NCBI RefSeq assembly: GCF_009914755.1
Contig: NC_060929.1
Strand: one strand, 5' to 3'
From: the human T2T-CHM13v2.0 reference genome, Homo sapiens
DNA: 64,000 nt
Of the stretch, positions 40,376 to 57,100 are shown piece by piece (within the stretch, counting starts at the first letter, position 1; each line of letters starts with the position of its first letter). The position numbers and the translations under genes are program-made. A model generated the notes under the pieces. That model was not told the DNA's origin, searched no databases, and saw only the letters and a list, made by a program, of their open reading frames with translations.

Positions 40376-42243
40376 CTTTCCCATGAAATCTGCTTGGAGG
40401 TGGGCCCGGCGCCTCAAAGGGATTTAGGGAAGTCGCCGAGCAGCCAGAGACTGCGAGGAGAGCCCTGGACTCCTGAAAGAGGCCCGTGGAATCGGTTCCA
40501 GGAAAAAGATTCCAAAGAAGACCAGTCCTGGGACCAGCCAGACTGGACTGCGAGCCTGCCTCCACCATTTGCCCACTGAGTACATTTCCACCTGGACTTC
40601 CTGAGCCTCACCTTTCCCATTTGTAAAATAGGGATAAAAATAACTGCTGTATGGGATTATTTGGAAAGCCTAATAAAAACAATATATGTAAAGTCCTTGG
40701 CAAGGGCCCAGCATTTAACAAATGCATATTAAATGGTAAGCTATTATTAAAGGAAAATTGTGGAATTTGGGGGTTATCGTCTTTAGATTAAAAAAAAAAG
40801 CAAAACAAACAAAAAAAATCCTTCACTTTCACTCCCAACCACACCTTTCTAGCTAAGCCTGGGCTTCTTATCTAACCTCTGAAGCCTGGGTTTCCTCCCC
40901 TGTGTAGTGGAGATGATACTGCCATCTGGCAGGGTTGCTGTTGTAAACACTCAGCCTCCCTCAAGGGGATGTCTACTGATTGGCAACTAACTTTTCTTAT
41001 TCTCAGCCTTCAGTGAGAGCTGAAGTGTGATCCCAGCCTGAAGCTTGACCTGTTGAAGAGTAAGGAGCTCCACCCACCCCATCCTCCCACTTCAAGAGCT
41101 GCGTAAAGCCCTGGGGACTTGCTCTTCTAGAAGGCTCCAGGGAAGAGAGGACAGAAGAAGCAAAGCCTATACCCTCTTAGGGACAGTCTACCCAGTAGCC
41201 ACTCTTCCAGAGATGATCAGTGTCCCTGAACTGAGCCCAATTCCAGGGGCAGTAAAAGGGATGTCCTTACACTCATGCATTCATAAAACGCTTCTATCCA
41301 AATTAATTGCTGTTATTTGAACTTCCCAGCCACTCTGTGAAACAGTGTGAAAATTGAGCCTTAGAGAGGACACACCACAGATCAGGAACAGGCCCCTCCC
41401 AGGTGGCTGGGAATCTTCGGTTCTCAGTCAGCTCTCTGGCTGTTTCCATTCCCAGGCCACTCCCTCAACAATCCCTTATCTTGGTCTTATCTCGGCCACA
41501 TACATATAGATTTTGTTCTCAGGCTAGAGCCTTTGGCCAGAAGGAATCTGCCCCACTAGCTATTAGTCAACCAGTGAACATTTAGGAAACATCTATTACG
41601 TAGAATGCTGCAATGAAGATGGAGAAAGTGAACACAAGCTGGCTTCTGCCCCCAAGCAGCATCTCTGTATTAATCAGGAGAGGTGCAGGGGTAAGTGACA
41701 GAACCCTAACACAAAGCAAAAACCAGAATATCCAAAGGCAGGACTGGCTTCAAATTTGGTCAGATCCAAGGGCGCAAAGATGCTCACAAGGTACTGTCTT
41801 TGCTCCACCTCTCAATGCCACTGCCCTTGGGATGTGGCCTTATCTTCACAGTGATTTATTCCATATGTAGGAAAGATGGTTGCCAACAGGCCCAAACCTA
41901 TATCCTTGCAGCACCCATGGGAATGTCAAAGAGACCCTCCCTCTATCAACAGAAGACCATGAATTTGCCCAAACCCCATCAGCCTTTCCGGGGCCATAAA
42001 GAGCGGGAAAGGAGTGGCTCTTACAAGGAAAATAACTGCCTAGACGAAAACGTGTTAATTGCCAACATCTACTGAAATCATGAGGGTATCTGTCCATTCT
42101 GTCCACAAATAGTGCCTGACATGCCGTAGGTGCTCAATGGACAAACCAGGTGCTGGGGACAGAGGGATGAATGAAACGCAGCCATCCAGGAGGAGTCTAA
42201 TGGGAAACACCAAGAAGCGAATACGCAATATAATGTGGAAGTG

Positions 42244-42890
<647 letters not shown>

Positions 42891-43312
42891 AATGTGGAAG
42901 TGCTGGGAAGAGAAGTTGCTATGGTATGGCAAGGACACTGGGGAAGGGCAGTTAGCTCCGCTTTGATGGGGATTTGGTGGAAAGCACTTGGATGGGTGCA
43001 CAAATAGTGCATTGGGAGGATCTAGATTGAATCTGAACAGCCAAAAGTCACCCGGCTCCGCAGGGTTTCTCAGCTACCCGCCCTGAGGATACCATGGCCT
43101 TTCCCTTCTTCTGGGAATGTGGGAAGCCACCAAGCAACACCAGCCTGGAGAGCCTGTCCCCTGGGAAGAATGGTCTGGTCTGTGCGGGGCTAGAAGTCTG
43201 CTGCTCCTTCACTCTGGATCCCCACTCCCTCACTCCACACATGGGGAGCATGACTTCCCTTCACTTTCTGCAGAGGTGGTTCTGCCCATGGGACCATCCT
43301 ATGTGCCTAGTA

Positions 43313-43518
43313 CCAGGTTTCTCAATTGCGGCACCATTGACATTTGGGCCAGATGGCTTTGTTGTGGGAAGCCATCCAGTGCATAGAAGATGTTTAACAG
43401 AATCCCTGGCCTCTACCCACCTCACGCCCCACCCCTGCCTATTCGTGACAGCCTCTCAGACATTGCCAAATGTCCTCGTGAAAGGTAAAATGGACCCCAG
43501 TAGCGAGCCACTGCTCTA
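43313..43518. mobile_element. MER20
   Basis: gtttctcaa...attgacatttgggccaga...atccctggcctctacccac...cagacattgccaaatgtcc. Confidence 0.85.
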
Positions 43519-44707
43519 ATGCATTCTCTCCCCACCCACTTCTCCCTCATTTCTCCTCACCCAAGATCCCAGCATTCCTAAGGAAGGAGCCTCTTCTCCC
43601 TAAGGAGACATTTATTGATACTTCCTATGTTCATCCAAGTGACACTCCCCAAGCCAAGGGTTCTAGAACTACAGGCTGAGGTCTCTACCCCAATCCTCTT
43701 CTTCTTCTCTGAGATCTCTACCCCGATTCTTCTCCTCTTCAACTACCTCAGTTGACTTCATGAGCTGAGTGTGAAAAAGTGAATTGACTGCCCCAACACC
43801 CCAGTCCCTTCTGCACCCCACAGACCTCCTGAGGAGCTGCCACTGCTTGGAGGAAGGCAGAGATGCTGATAATCCTAAGACAGGAGCGATGGGCTGTGTG
43901 CAGTAGGGAATGGCCCTGTGAGTGTGCTATAATGAGGAGCATAGAGTGATCCACATGAGAAAATGACAAGTGAGAGGAGCCTGGGGACTTCCAAGCACCC
44001 TCCCTTGGTGCCTGGGGGAGGGATGCCAGGCCCTGAGATGACAGGGTAACACTTTATTTCCTCCTTCCTGTCCTGTTCCTGTGCCAGCCATCACAGAGCC
44101 CCTTGAAACAGCAACTTGATGGTAATTGATAGTGCCCAAATGATATTTTCTGGACAGGTGCCAGGGATGCAGTCATGGAGCTCAATAGCATTTCTAGAGA
44201 GAATAGGAGTTGATATCTATCAGTCCCCAACTGGTGAGGCTTCAACAGGCTGCTTGGAGGAGGTGGTATTCTTCTCAGTAGCACAAATCTGCCAGGGAGA
44301 GGAAGAACATGTGTGTGTGTGTGTAACACATTGCAAATATCAAGGGTAATGTATAGCACAGGCTTCAAGGAGATGCTCATAGGTGTAAAGGCATCAGGTG
44401 TGAGGAAGCATGCAGGTGCAAAGACACCAGGTGTAACTGAAGGTGTAACACAGAGTGTGAGGACTAGAGACACATACTGGGGGCAGGTTGGTGGTGCGGG
44501 GGTGGGTGATGCATGATGTGTAATTAGTGGAAATGTTGGAACAATGGAACATGCAGAGCAAAGATGTGTGTGCAGAAGCTGCAGAAAATACCTCGGCAAG
44601 TACTGAGTGGAGGTTTCTTACTCATTCTCATATTCACACCTGTGTTTCTCTGTACCAAGTAGAGACAGGAGGATCGGGTAGAATAATACTCAGCATGTGA
44701 CATTTAC

Positions 44708-45081
44708 TGTGTCACAGTCTATCTTCTGCTATTATAGCAAAATACCACAGACTGGATAATTTATGTAGAAAGGATGTTTATTTGGGTCGTGGTTCTAGAA
44801 GCTGGGAAGTCCAAGAGCATGGCACTGGCATCTGGTGAGGGTCATCCTGTGGTGGAAGGTATCACATGGCACCTATGCCCATCATAAGAGACAGAGAAAA
44901 AGGAGGCCAAACTTATCCTTTTACCAGGAGCTCACTCCTGCAATAATGGCATCAATCCATTCATGAGTGCAGAGTCCTCCTGGCCTAATCACCTCTTAAA
45001 GGTCCCACTTCTTAATACCATTATAACGACCATTAAGTTTCTAATACCTGAACTTATGGGGGACACATTCAAGCCATAGCA
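44708..45081 (-). mobile_element. MST/MLT1A-type MaLR solo LTR
   Basis: aaaataccacagactgg...gctgggaagtccaag...cctaatcacctcttaaagg...gggggacacattcaagccatagca. Confidence 0.85.
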
Positions 45082-46146
45082 TTATATGTATAAGACAAAA
45101 GTACAACTGAAGGACCACTTTAATCATTCATTTTTTTTAACCTCCTAAGACAGGACACATGCCAGTCTATATTCCTGAGGGGATATATGGTGAAATGGTT
45201 TTTAGCATAAGCTTTAGAATCAATGATTTGAGTTTGAACCCTGCTCTACCATGTACTTGCTACAAGTCTTAGACAAATCTTAAACAATCCTATGACCCAG
45301 TTTTCTCATTAGCAACATGCGGAGAAGGGAAGCTACCCACTGCTTGTGGTGGTCATGGCAATTAGAGGAGAACCAGGGGTAAATCACACACATAAAGGGG
45401 CACATTCCCAAATGTCAGCTCTGTGCTAACTGGAGGAGAGCAGAAATGACATCCTATTGCATCATCTCAAAGAGTTCTGCAGGACAGACAAGCTGGGCTC
45501 TTCCAAAGGCTTGCTATATCCCAAGGGCAGAATCCTTGCTGGGAAGGCACCTTTTCCCTCTGCAACCTCACCTCTCTAAGCCCTTGCATTCGCCTCTAGT
45601 GAACCTGACAGAGGGGAAGAGCTGGGTCAATATAAATGAGATTCACTTCCAGAGGCACATCCCATGGACAAAAAAGCATTGGGGGGCAAGAGGATGGAAA
45701 CACAGTTGAAGCCATTCAATACCCAGACAGGTGCAGGCCCTGAGAACCTAGGGAGGAAGGCAAGCCCATCCCTGCCAGGGACTCCACAAGCCCTACTGGC
45801 TGCTTCCAGTCCTCACCCCAGAATCCCTCTCCTGGGGTTCAAACCCACCTGCACTCAGGGGTGTGCTGGAACCCACCCACAAGACAGATATTTGTGCCTC
45901 TTCCCAGCCCCATGTTCGGTGACATCACACTGGTAGCATGAAATCAGCCAAGTGGAAGCATTTACACCAGGAAAATTGGGAAATTTCTATGAGACTGGCA
46001 GAGTTGGGGGCAGATACAAAAGAGAATAAAAATGTCAAAGAGCCGTTGGGAGAAGAGAAGAGAAAGGATGGCCATGGGTTAAAGTGTTCTCTGTTGACCT
46101 CAGAAATATGGGCACTTTGACACCCGAGGCTCAAGAACTCAGGCCT

Positions 46147-46587
<441 letters not shown>

Positions 46588-46599
46588 TCACAGCAGCCT

Positions 46600-47122
46600 G
46601 TTTGGGACACACTGGGGATGCAGATTCCCTTCTTCACACCTGGGCTGCTCAGCTCCCCACTACCCAATAATACCAAATGCTGACACCACACACCACCCTC
46701 CGCAAGGGAACTGCCTGGGGCACAGTCACACCCCCTCCCCAGAAAAAGCCTATGTCCAATGCCTGGTCCACACAGCAGCAGAGTGTCGAGGCTAGGATTT
46801 GACTGTGACTAGGAGCTGACTCCAAGGGCTGAGACTGATTCTTCAGCATCACCTCTTCCACTAAAGGTCAGTCTTCCACTAAAGCAGTCAGGCAAAGGCC
46901 TGGCTGCTTGCGGCATCTCTGAAGAGTTGTCCCAGCTCCAGAGCTCACCATGGGATCGGCTGAGGCCACTATCACTACATCATCACAGCTCAATGTCTCC
47001 ATCTGCCCATCCCTGCACCCCTCACTCTTTCCCTCCCAAGCATTGTTCCTGCTGTCTCTAAAAAACATCCTGCATGCAACTCTCCAGCTCGAAGTCTGTC
47101 TCCTGGGAAACCCGACAAAGAC
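46600..47122 (+). mobile_element. LTR16-family (ERVL) LTR carrying a foreign ~100-bp insertion
   Basis: gggaactgcct...ccaatgcctggtc [insert] aaaggcctggc...gctccagagctcaccatgggatcggctgaggcc...ctgggaaacccgacaaagaca. Confidence 0.65.
46797..46873. repeat. Inverted repeat arm 1 (partner 48010-48086; 76/77 identical)
   Basis: Direct alignment; same peptide MEEVMLKNQSQPLESAP appears on opposite strands in the ORF track. Confidence 0.97.
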
Positions 47123-47395
47123 ACCCTCTACCCCACTCCTGTAAGAAGGGAAAATGACGTGCTGCAGAGACCCCCTGCCCAGGAGACCTAACGCCCTCCC
47201 CAGCCCCACACCATGTCATTCTCTGCAATGGTGGAGGGGTGGGTGGGGGTGCGAGTTGTAATAGGCTGGGCACCTGCAGACAGCTAGTGCAGGATGCTTC
47301 CTCAGAACAGGTGCAACACAGTGTGTTTTGCTGGGGAAAAGGGATGTCAAGCAATCTATGACGGGGGTGCAGGGAGTCTGGGGAGAAACACAAGG

Positions 47396-47397
<2 letters not shown>

Positions 47398-47442
<45 letters not shown>

Positions 47443-47468
47443 AATGTGTGTGTGTGTGAGAGAGAGAG
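47398..47468. repeat. (TG)n(GA)n microsatellite
   Basis: Seen directly. Confidence 0.95.
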
Positions 47469-47530
47469 CTGGTGTTTGTGTTCCAGGCTACAGCAAGGGG
47501 AGGGAGACAAAAGAATAAAACCCGCTTGTT

Positions 47531-47815
47531 GGCTGAGCGCAACATACCTGTAATCCCAGCACTTCGGGAGGCCGAGGCAGGCAGATCATCTGAGGTCAGG
47601 AGTTTGAGACCAGCCCGCCAACATGGTGAAACCCCACCTCTACTAAAAATACAAAAATTAGCTGGGTGTGGTGGCAGGTGCCTTTAATCCCAGCTACTCG
47701 GGAGGCTGAGGCAGAAGAATTGCTTGAACCTGGGAGGCGGAGGTTGCAGTGAGATTGCGCCTTTGCACTCCAGCCTGGGCGACAGAGCGAGACTCCGTCT
47801 CAAAAAACAAAAAAA
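47531..47815 (+). mobile_element. AluS
   Basis: Alu consensus with small deletions. Confidence 0.93.
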
Positions 47816-48009
47816 CCCCCTGCTTGTTGGATTTAGCAACACACGGGACCTCTGCAGCAAGAGCCACCTGCACTGTTGTCTATGCAGGGATGTGAGCATG
47901 CAGATACACACATCCTTTCTACCTCCAGGCACTAAACACACGCTGTCCCAAACATGCAGCCCACCTTCCAGGTCCTGGTTCTTGGGTGGGGAGGGGAAGA
48001 ACTTAGCGT

Positions 48010-48086
48010 GACTGACCTTTAGTGGAAGAGGTGATGCTGAAGAATCAGTCTCAGCCCTTGGAGTCAGCTCCTTGTCACAGTCAAAT
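48010..48086. repeat. Inverted repeat arm 2
   Basis: Reverse complement of 46797-46873. Confidence 0.97.
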
Positions 48087-48922
48087 TTTCTACACACTCA
48101 AATCCTCTACACAGTTAGGGCCTCCACACTCTGCTGCTCACCTTTCCATAACCCTTCAGAGTTCACAACGTGCATTCGTTCATTCCTCAAATACTGACTG
48201 GGAGTCTGAGATGTACACTCATTGTACCAGGTGCTAGACTCGCATGCAGCCCATCTCCCAACTTCAAGCTCACGCTGGCTCCACCTGACCTCCTCATGTG
48301 TTCTAAAGGGACAAGCCAGGGACCCTGGATGCAAGAACTGGGTGGCCTCAGCCTCAACAAATGAATTCATCCCATTTGCCACCTTTCTGGCTCGGAAGCT
48401 CCATTTATGATCTGAGCCCCAGCTCACTCTCCTCCAGAGGAGGCTGCACAGATGGCAAGCTTCCCCACCACCTGGAAGAAGGGAGTTCCTGGCCACGCTG
48501 CCAGTGGGAGGACTTTGCTGAACAAACTCCAGGCAGTGGACCGTGTCCACACTGTGTGCTTCCAAGTGCCGGCCGATTTGCTTCTTACCTCCTCCAGTCA
48601 TTCCCCTGCCCAATCTGGACACTCACTGACAGCAAGCACACAGGCGAACCTTGCCCCACCTTGGAGGCAACCTTGTTACTTGTTAACTTGCTGACTGGAA
48701 ATTAGTTTCTCCTCTGAGGTGGTGGAGCGGAGCATGGGCATTGACTTTTACTGACTGAGAGTAAGTGCTCAGTCAGAATAACAGAAGTACTCCTGATTAC
48801 CTTTTAAATTAATCTAGAACTTCACTAAACACTCAGAGGCAAGATCTGCATATGCCACTGGAGTCTTCCATATTCCCAGGGGTGTGGCACGGTTCTGTTA
48901 CACCTGCTACTCTGCAGCCTGG

Positions 48923-49604
<682 letters not shown>

Positions 49605-50513
49605 TAGGGTGAGTGCTCCATCAGTGCACAGTGGAGAGTAAGTGCTCAGTCATCCGCCACTCATTACATTATTGCCTCATTGCTGCCCCAGAGAGAAGCC
49701 CGTGGTTACAGAAGTGATCAAACCCATTAAATGCTCACTCTATCAAGTCCCATCCTCTGGCCCACAGCTCATGTCAGAGGGCAGGCTAATCTCTAAAGTC
49801 CATCCCACTGCTTTAAGGTCTGCCAAATGCAAGAGTCTCTTGGATCATGATAAAATGGAAACAGAAGACACCAAGAGACTGAGGTCAGGTAAAGGGCTCT
49901 GCTTGCCCATGAACTCCTGCTATTCCATGCAGGTGCAGGTCTTTGGTCTTCCAGGAAATGTTGGTCCTTGAGCTGGATGATGGGGTGGACAGCAGCCACC
50001 TGCAGCTGAGTTCTTGCAGGGACATCATGGGAGTTGTTTAGGAGGACAAACAGGAGAGTGTGTCCATCCTTATTTTGGATCAGGACAGAAATTATGACCC
50101 ATAGTGACATCAAACCCAGATTTATTTTACCTCACTTGGAATATACCATGTTTCTCTCCTACCTTTGTTTTCCTTTATAGAGACTTTTACTGTAAAAATG
50201 TTAAGCGATTTGAAATATAAGCTCTATAAATGTATTTGGAACTCAAGCCATATGGCTCAATAGGAAAGAGATAGCTGTTTGCTGGGCCCTTTGGTTATAA
50301 AGCTGCTCAAAGCCCCCATATCAGAAGTCAAAAGATAGGAAGTCAATAGAGCATCTTAAGCAATTCAATGCACATTTTTAGGCAATTTGCTAATTGTTGT
50401 TGTAGTTCAGCCAACATTCATTGAGGTATATTCCATGTGAGACACTGTGATAAGGGAGATGAAGGTTGAGTAAAATATCAAATACAGGACCTTTTTTATC
50501 ATTATTTACCAGT

Positions 50514-51564
<1,051 letters not shown>

Positions 51565-51569
51565 CCAGT

Positions 51570-51905
51570 TGTTAACATTTTTGCCACATTATACTCTCTC
51601 CCTCCCTCCTTCCCTCTGAAATACTCAAAATGGTTTCTGAACCATTTGAATGTAATTTGCAGACATCATGACACTTTATTCCTAAATGCTTCAGTGTATA
51701 TCTCCTAAGAAGGTTTATTCCTCTAATAGAACTGCCATACTACTATCAATCCTGACATAGGTAACACTGACATAATAATATTACCTAAAATGCATTCCGT
51801 TGTCACATTTTCCCAGTTGTCCCAAGAATGTACTTTGTAGCTTTTTGTTTTTTAAAAGTAACCCAGTATCCACTCGTGGATCCCACATTGCATTTGGCAT
51901 CTTCC
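51570..51905 (-). mobile_element. L1MC-type 3' fragment
   Basis: tgaaccatttga...gcagacatcatgacac...ttcagtgtatatctcctaagaa. Confidence 0.6.
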
Positions 51906-51909
51906 TAAT

Positions 51910-52644
<735 letters not shown>

Positions 52645-53569
52645 TCACCCTCACTACAGATGGGCAACTTATTTCTTAGAGGGGCATATGGGTTTCCAAT
52701 TATTCCAATAGATTAATGCCATCTGCTCCCTAAATGAAAGAAAACTGGTTAAAAGTTGGTGTCAATGGAGTCTTAGGCCCTGATCAGCACTTTGGGAGGC
52801 CCATGTCTTCTGAAGGCCAGTCTGTGCTGGACCTTATTTGGGCATTGGAGATGTAGAAGAAAGGAGGGAGAAAAAAAACGAAAAGCTGCCCTCACAGGGT
52901 TTACACTATAGCTGGGGAAAAATAGAGAGAGAGAGAGAAAAAAAACCAGGGAACTAAAATAAGATTAGATTGCTGAAGGTAAAGTAGCTGCAGGGGCATG
53001 CAAACCAACTTTGGGAGTGAGGGCGGAAGTCATACTTAAGCTGAAGCCTGAAGGAAAATTCACCAGCTAAACACAGAGGAGGAGTACTCTCAGCAAGAGA
53101 AACAGCCCACGTGCAGGTCCAGAAGTGAGGAGAACTGAGTGTGCAAACCACATGCACGAGCTCAGCTGTGCAGTAGGAGTGGGGGAGCCATGAAAGCTGA
53201 GACTGGAGGGCTGGGCCAGGGCCAGGGCCACCCACACTGGGCCTTACAACACGTGGGGAGGAGCTTACACTTCCTCCTAAGACCAGCGAAGAGCCACTGA
53301 GGTTTCACAACAACCATCCCAGCACCATGTGGAATGATGGAGCACGTGCACAGAGGAAGTCCAGCGGGAGGCTTCATAAGGTACAGGACTGGATCTAAGC
53401 TAGAAGCTAGAAGGGCAGATGGAGTGGCGGGAATACATGTAACATGTATTTTGGAGATAGGATCCTAGGCTGTCGTAGTTAGAATAGACATAGGGAATAA
53501 AGGGAGAAACCTAGGATTTCTTTATTTAATTAAAGACACCTAGGTCTCTTTAATTAAAATGATGCTTTA

Positions 53570-54088
53570 GAACAAGTGTGGTCAAACTACAACCTGAGGG
53601 CCACTGTTCTGTTTTTATAGATAAAGTTTTATGGGCACACAACAACAATCACATCTACTTATTTATATATTGTCTATGCCTGCTTTCACCCTAGAGCAGC
53701 CGAGCTGAGAAGTTTCGACAGAGACGATATAAACCACAAAAGCTGAAAGTATTTCTTTCTTTCTTCTTTCTTTTTTTTGGGGGGGACGGATTTTTGCTCT
53801 TATTGCCCAGGCTGGAGTGCAATGGCGTGATCTTGGCTCACCGCAACCTCCACCTCCCGGGTTGAAATGATTCTCCTGCTTCAGCCTCCCAAGTAGCTGC
53901 GATTACAGACATGCGCCACCACACCTGGCTAATTTTGTATTTTTAGTAGAGATGGGGTTTCTCCATGTTGGTCAGGTGATCAGCCCGTCTCGGCCTCCCA
54001 AAGTGCTGGGATTACAAGTGTGAGCCACCATGCCTGGCCTGAAAATATTTCTTATCTGATTATTTACAGAAGTTTGTGAACACCCTTC
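53570..54088. mobile_element. MER58-like DNA transposon interrupted by a reverse Alu (53755-54039)
   Basis: caaactac...ataaagttttat...tatattgtctatg...gacagagac...aaaatattt. Confidence 0.8.
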
Positions 54089-54351
54089 TTAGAACATTGT
54101 ATTCCAGAGATGGATGCCTCAGGGAGAAAAAGAATATTTAAGCAAATAAATTTGGGTCATTCTGTATTTTATGTTGTTTTCTTGGCTACTCACCATCGAT
54201 GAAGGTACCCTGAGAGCACTGAGAATTCCCACAGGAAAGAAATCTATTTACTTTATAAAAACCAATATTTCCCCAATGTAATTGCTCTCAGACTATGTTT
54301 AACTCTGAGGAATGCACTTGTGGATGCCTGCTTTAGAAAGATGAGGAGGTA

Positions 54352-54985
54352 GGCCGGGCGCAGTGGCTCACACCTGTAATCCCAGCACTCTGGGAGGCCG
54401 AGACAGGTGGATCACCTGAGGTCAGGAGTTCAAGAACATCCTGGCCAACATGGTGAAACCCCGTCTCTACTAAAAATACAAAAATTAGCTGGGCATAGTG
54501 ACAGGCGCCTGTAATTCTGGCTACTCGGGAGGTTGAGGCAGGAGAATTGCTTGAACTCGGGAGGTGGAGGTTGCGGTGAGCCGAGATCATACCATTGCAC
54601 TCCATCCTGAGCGACAGAGTGAGACTCTGTCTCAAAAAAAAAAGAAAGGAAGAAAGAAAGAGAGAGAGAGAGAAAATAAAAGAAAGAAAGACAGGCAGAC
54701 AGACAGAAAGAAAGAAAGAGAAGGTGGCCAGGCCCAGTGGCTCACGCCTATAATCCCAGCACTTTGGGAGGCCGAGAAGGGTGGATCATGAGGTCAGGAG
54801 ATGGAGACCATCCTGGCTAACATGGTGAAACCCTATCTCTACTAAAAATACAAAAAATTAGCCGGGCCTGGTGGCATGAGCCTGTAGTCCCAGCTACTCA
54901 GGAGGCTGAGGAGTAGAATTGCTTGAACCCAGGAGGCGGAGGTTGCAGTGAGACGCTGTCTCAAAAAAAAAAAAAAAAAAAAAAA
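54352..54985 (+). mobile_element. AluS (54352-54642) with a second Alu (54725-54985) inserted in its purine tail
   Basis: Outer TSD agaaagatg(atg)aggaggta. Confidence 0.92.
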
Positions 54986-55309
54986 GAAAGAAAGAAAGAA
55001 AGATAGAAAGATGATGAGGAGGTAGAAGAGGTACACTGGAGGGGTGAAGATTTCTAAGCATACAATTATTTATGAGATGAGTGAAGATATCATTAAAATG
55101 GCCAAGTATCAGACAAAAGAATCAGATCTGAGCTAGGGCTTATGTCAAAAAGAAGGAAGAGATATAAGGGAGGCTGTGAAGGGAGGATGCTGACAATTCC
55201 TACCTAGATATCTGTAGGGAATATGAAATGGGGAGGTAGAGAGTGGAGGGGAAAGTGGGGTGAAGAAGCCAGCTTGAAGAAAAAAGCTGTTGGCTCAGAG
55301 TAAGCAATG

Positions 55310-56215
55310 ACCTTCTGCTTCCAGGAAAATGGAGTAGGCACATTTTCCCCTATTCCTCCCACTGGTTCAACTAGAAACCTTGGATGTTATACATAAAACA
55401 AATATGAGAAGACTCAGAACAGTGCAAAGAAGAAGGCAGATGGCTAGGGACCTCGCACTCCGAGGAATGACATGGTGGTGAGTTCCCTGGGTTTTCTTTT
55501 TGCCTCACATATCCCAGGCTGGAGTGCTGGAGAAGCAGACAACCTAAAAAGGCCAATGTCCAGCTTTCAATTAAAAATCACTCATCATACCAAGAACCAG
55601 AGATATCTCAAACCAAATTAAAATAGCAATAAATGCCAACACTGAGATGACAGAGATGTTAGAATTGTCTGACAAAGATTTTAAGGCGGCCATAATCAAA
55701 TGCTTTAATGAGCAATTATGAATACACTTGAAACAAATGAAAAATCAGAAAACCTCAACAAAGAAATAGAAAGTCTCAGCAAAGAAATGCATGACATAAA
55801 GGAGAACCAAATAGACATATTAGAAGTGAAAAATACAACAAATGAAATAAACAGCTCCATGGATGGGCTCAAGAGCAGAATAGAGGGGACAGAGGGAAGA
55901 GAATCCATGAACTGGAAGACAGAACAATCAAAATTACCCAGTCTAAACGATGGAGAGAAAACAGACTGAAAACAAATGAACAGAGCCCCGGGATCCCATG
56001 GGACTATAACGAAGATGAGAGCCCCAGAAGAGAGGACAAAAGGGTGCAATTGTTAAAGGATTCAAGGAAATAATGGCCAAACACATCCCAGCTTTGAAAG
56101 GAAGCATGAAACTACAGATTAAAGAAGCTGAGCCCCACCACCCACCCAACTATGAGATAAACCCAAAGAAATCCATGCCAAGACACATATTTAAATATCT
56201 GAAAACTAAAGACAA
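55310..56215 (+). mobile_element. Ancient L1M 5' end with degenerate ORF1
   Basis: ORF1p-like coiled-coil peptides (NLNKEIESLSKEMHDIKENQIDILEVKNTTNEINSSMDGLKSRI; INPKKSMPRHI). Confidence 0.8.
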
Positions 56216-56889
56216 AGTAGCAAAATATCCAACCTTTACTAGGCTTTATTGGACCTTTGAGGCAACTGCAGCTGAGTAGCCAGGGCTGGGGAGCAGGGAC
56301 TCTGTTCACCTGGATCAGGGTGGAGATGGTGGTACAGGAAGCCATGGGTTTGGGGGCAGAGAATCTTGTGGCATTTTAGGGCTACCACCTTCTAGCTTGG
56401 GTGCCCCCAACAAGAGCAGCCTCCTGTGGTTTTCAGCAGAATGGGAACAGCGCCCTGGGTGTGTTGAACATACTGTCTTCAGGGCTTTTGCTCCTGCTAT
56501 TCTCTTTCCCTGCAATGCATGTTCTTTGGTTCTTCGCATTGTGGGCTGCTTGAGGTTTCTGCTTAAGTGTTACCTCCTGAGAATGGCCTTCTCCTCTGGT
56601 CCAGTCTAAAGTAGATTCTCAACCAATCCACACCCTACCAAATTCTTCACAGCACGCTCCTTCCTTCATATTATTAACAACAACTTGCAATTACTTTTTC
56701 ATGTGTTGACTTGTTTATTACATGTTACTTTACTAAACTGTAAGCTCCACGGGACCAGAAATCACCCTTATGTCTCAATACTTGTCTGGCAGACAATAGG
56801 CAGACAAAAAAGTTCTTGTGGAATAAATGAATAACAGCTGAACAGGGAAGGAGACCTATATTTAAAAGAGCTTCTGCATTTCAGAAGCT

Positions 56890-57100
56890 GAGCAAAGCAC
56901 TTCACTTGTATCATTTCATATAGTTGTCACAAGTCAATAGTGAGGCAGCATTGTTGCTCTCATTTTTCTTGTTGGTGATCTCATTTTACAGGTGAGGAAA
57001 CTGAGGCTCAGAGAGATGCAGTCTCATGCCGACAGTCACACACTGACCAAGATGCAGAGCCAAGTTTCAGATCTGGATTGCTTTTTCTGCCCATGTATTT
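56890..57100 (-). mobile_element. MIR
   Basis: cattttacaggtgaggaaactgaggctcagagag. Confidence 0.8.

Noticed and set aside
41613-41700. ATG followed by a good donor (GG|gtaagt) suggesting a novel first exon
   Set aside because: Lies in degraded L2/MLT-like sequence, with no promoter features and no recognisable peptide
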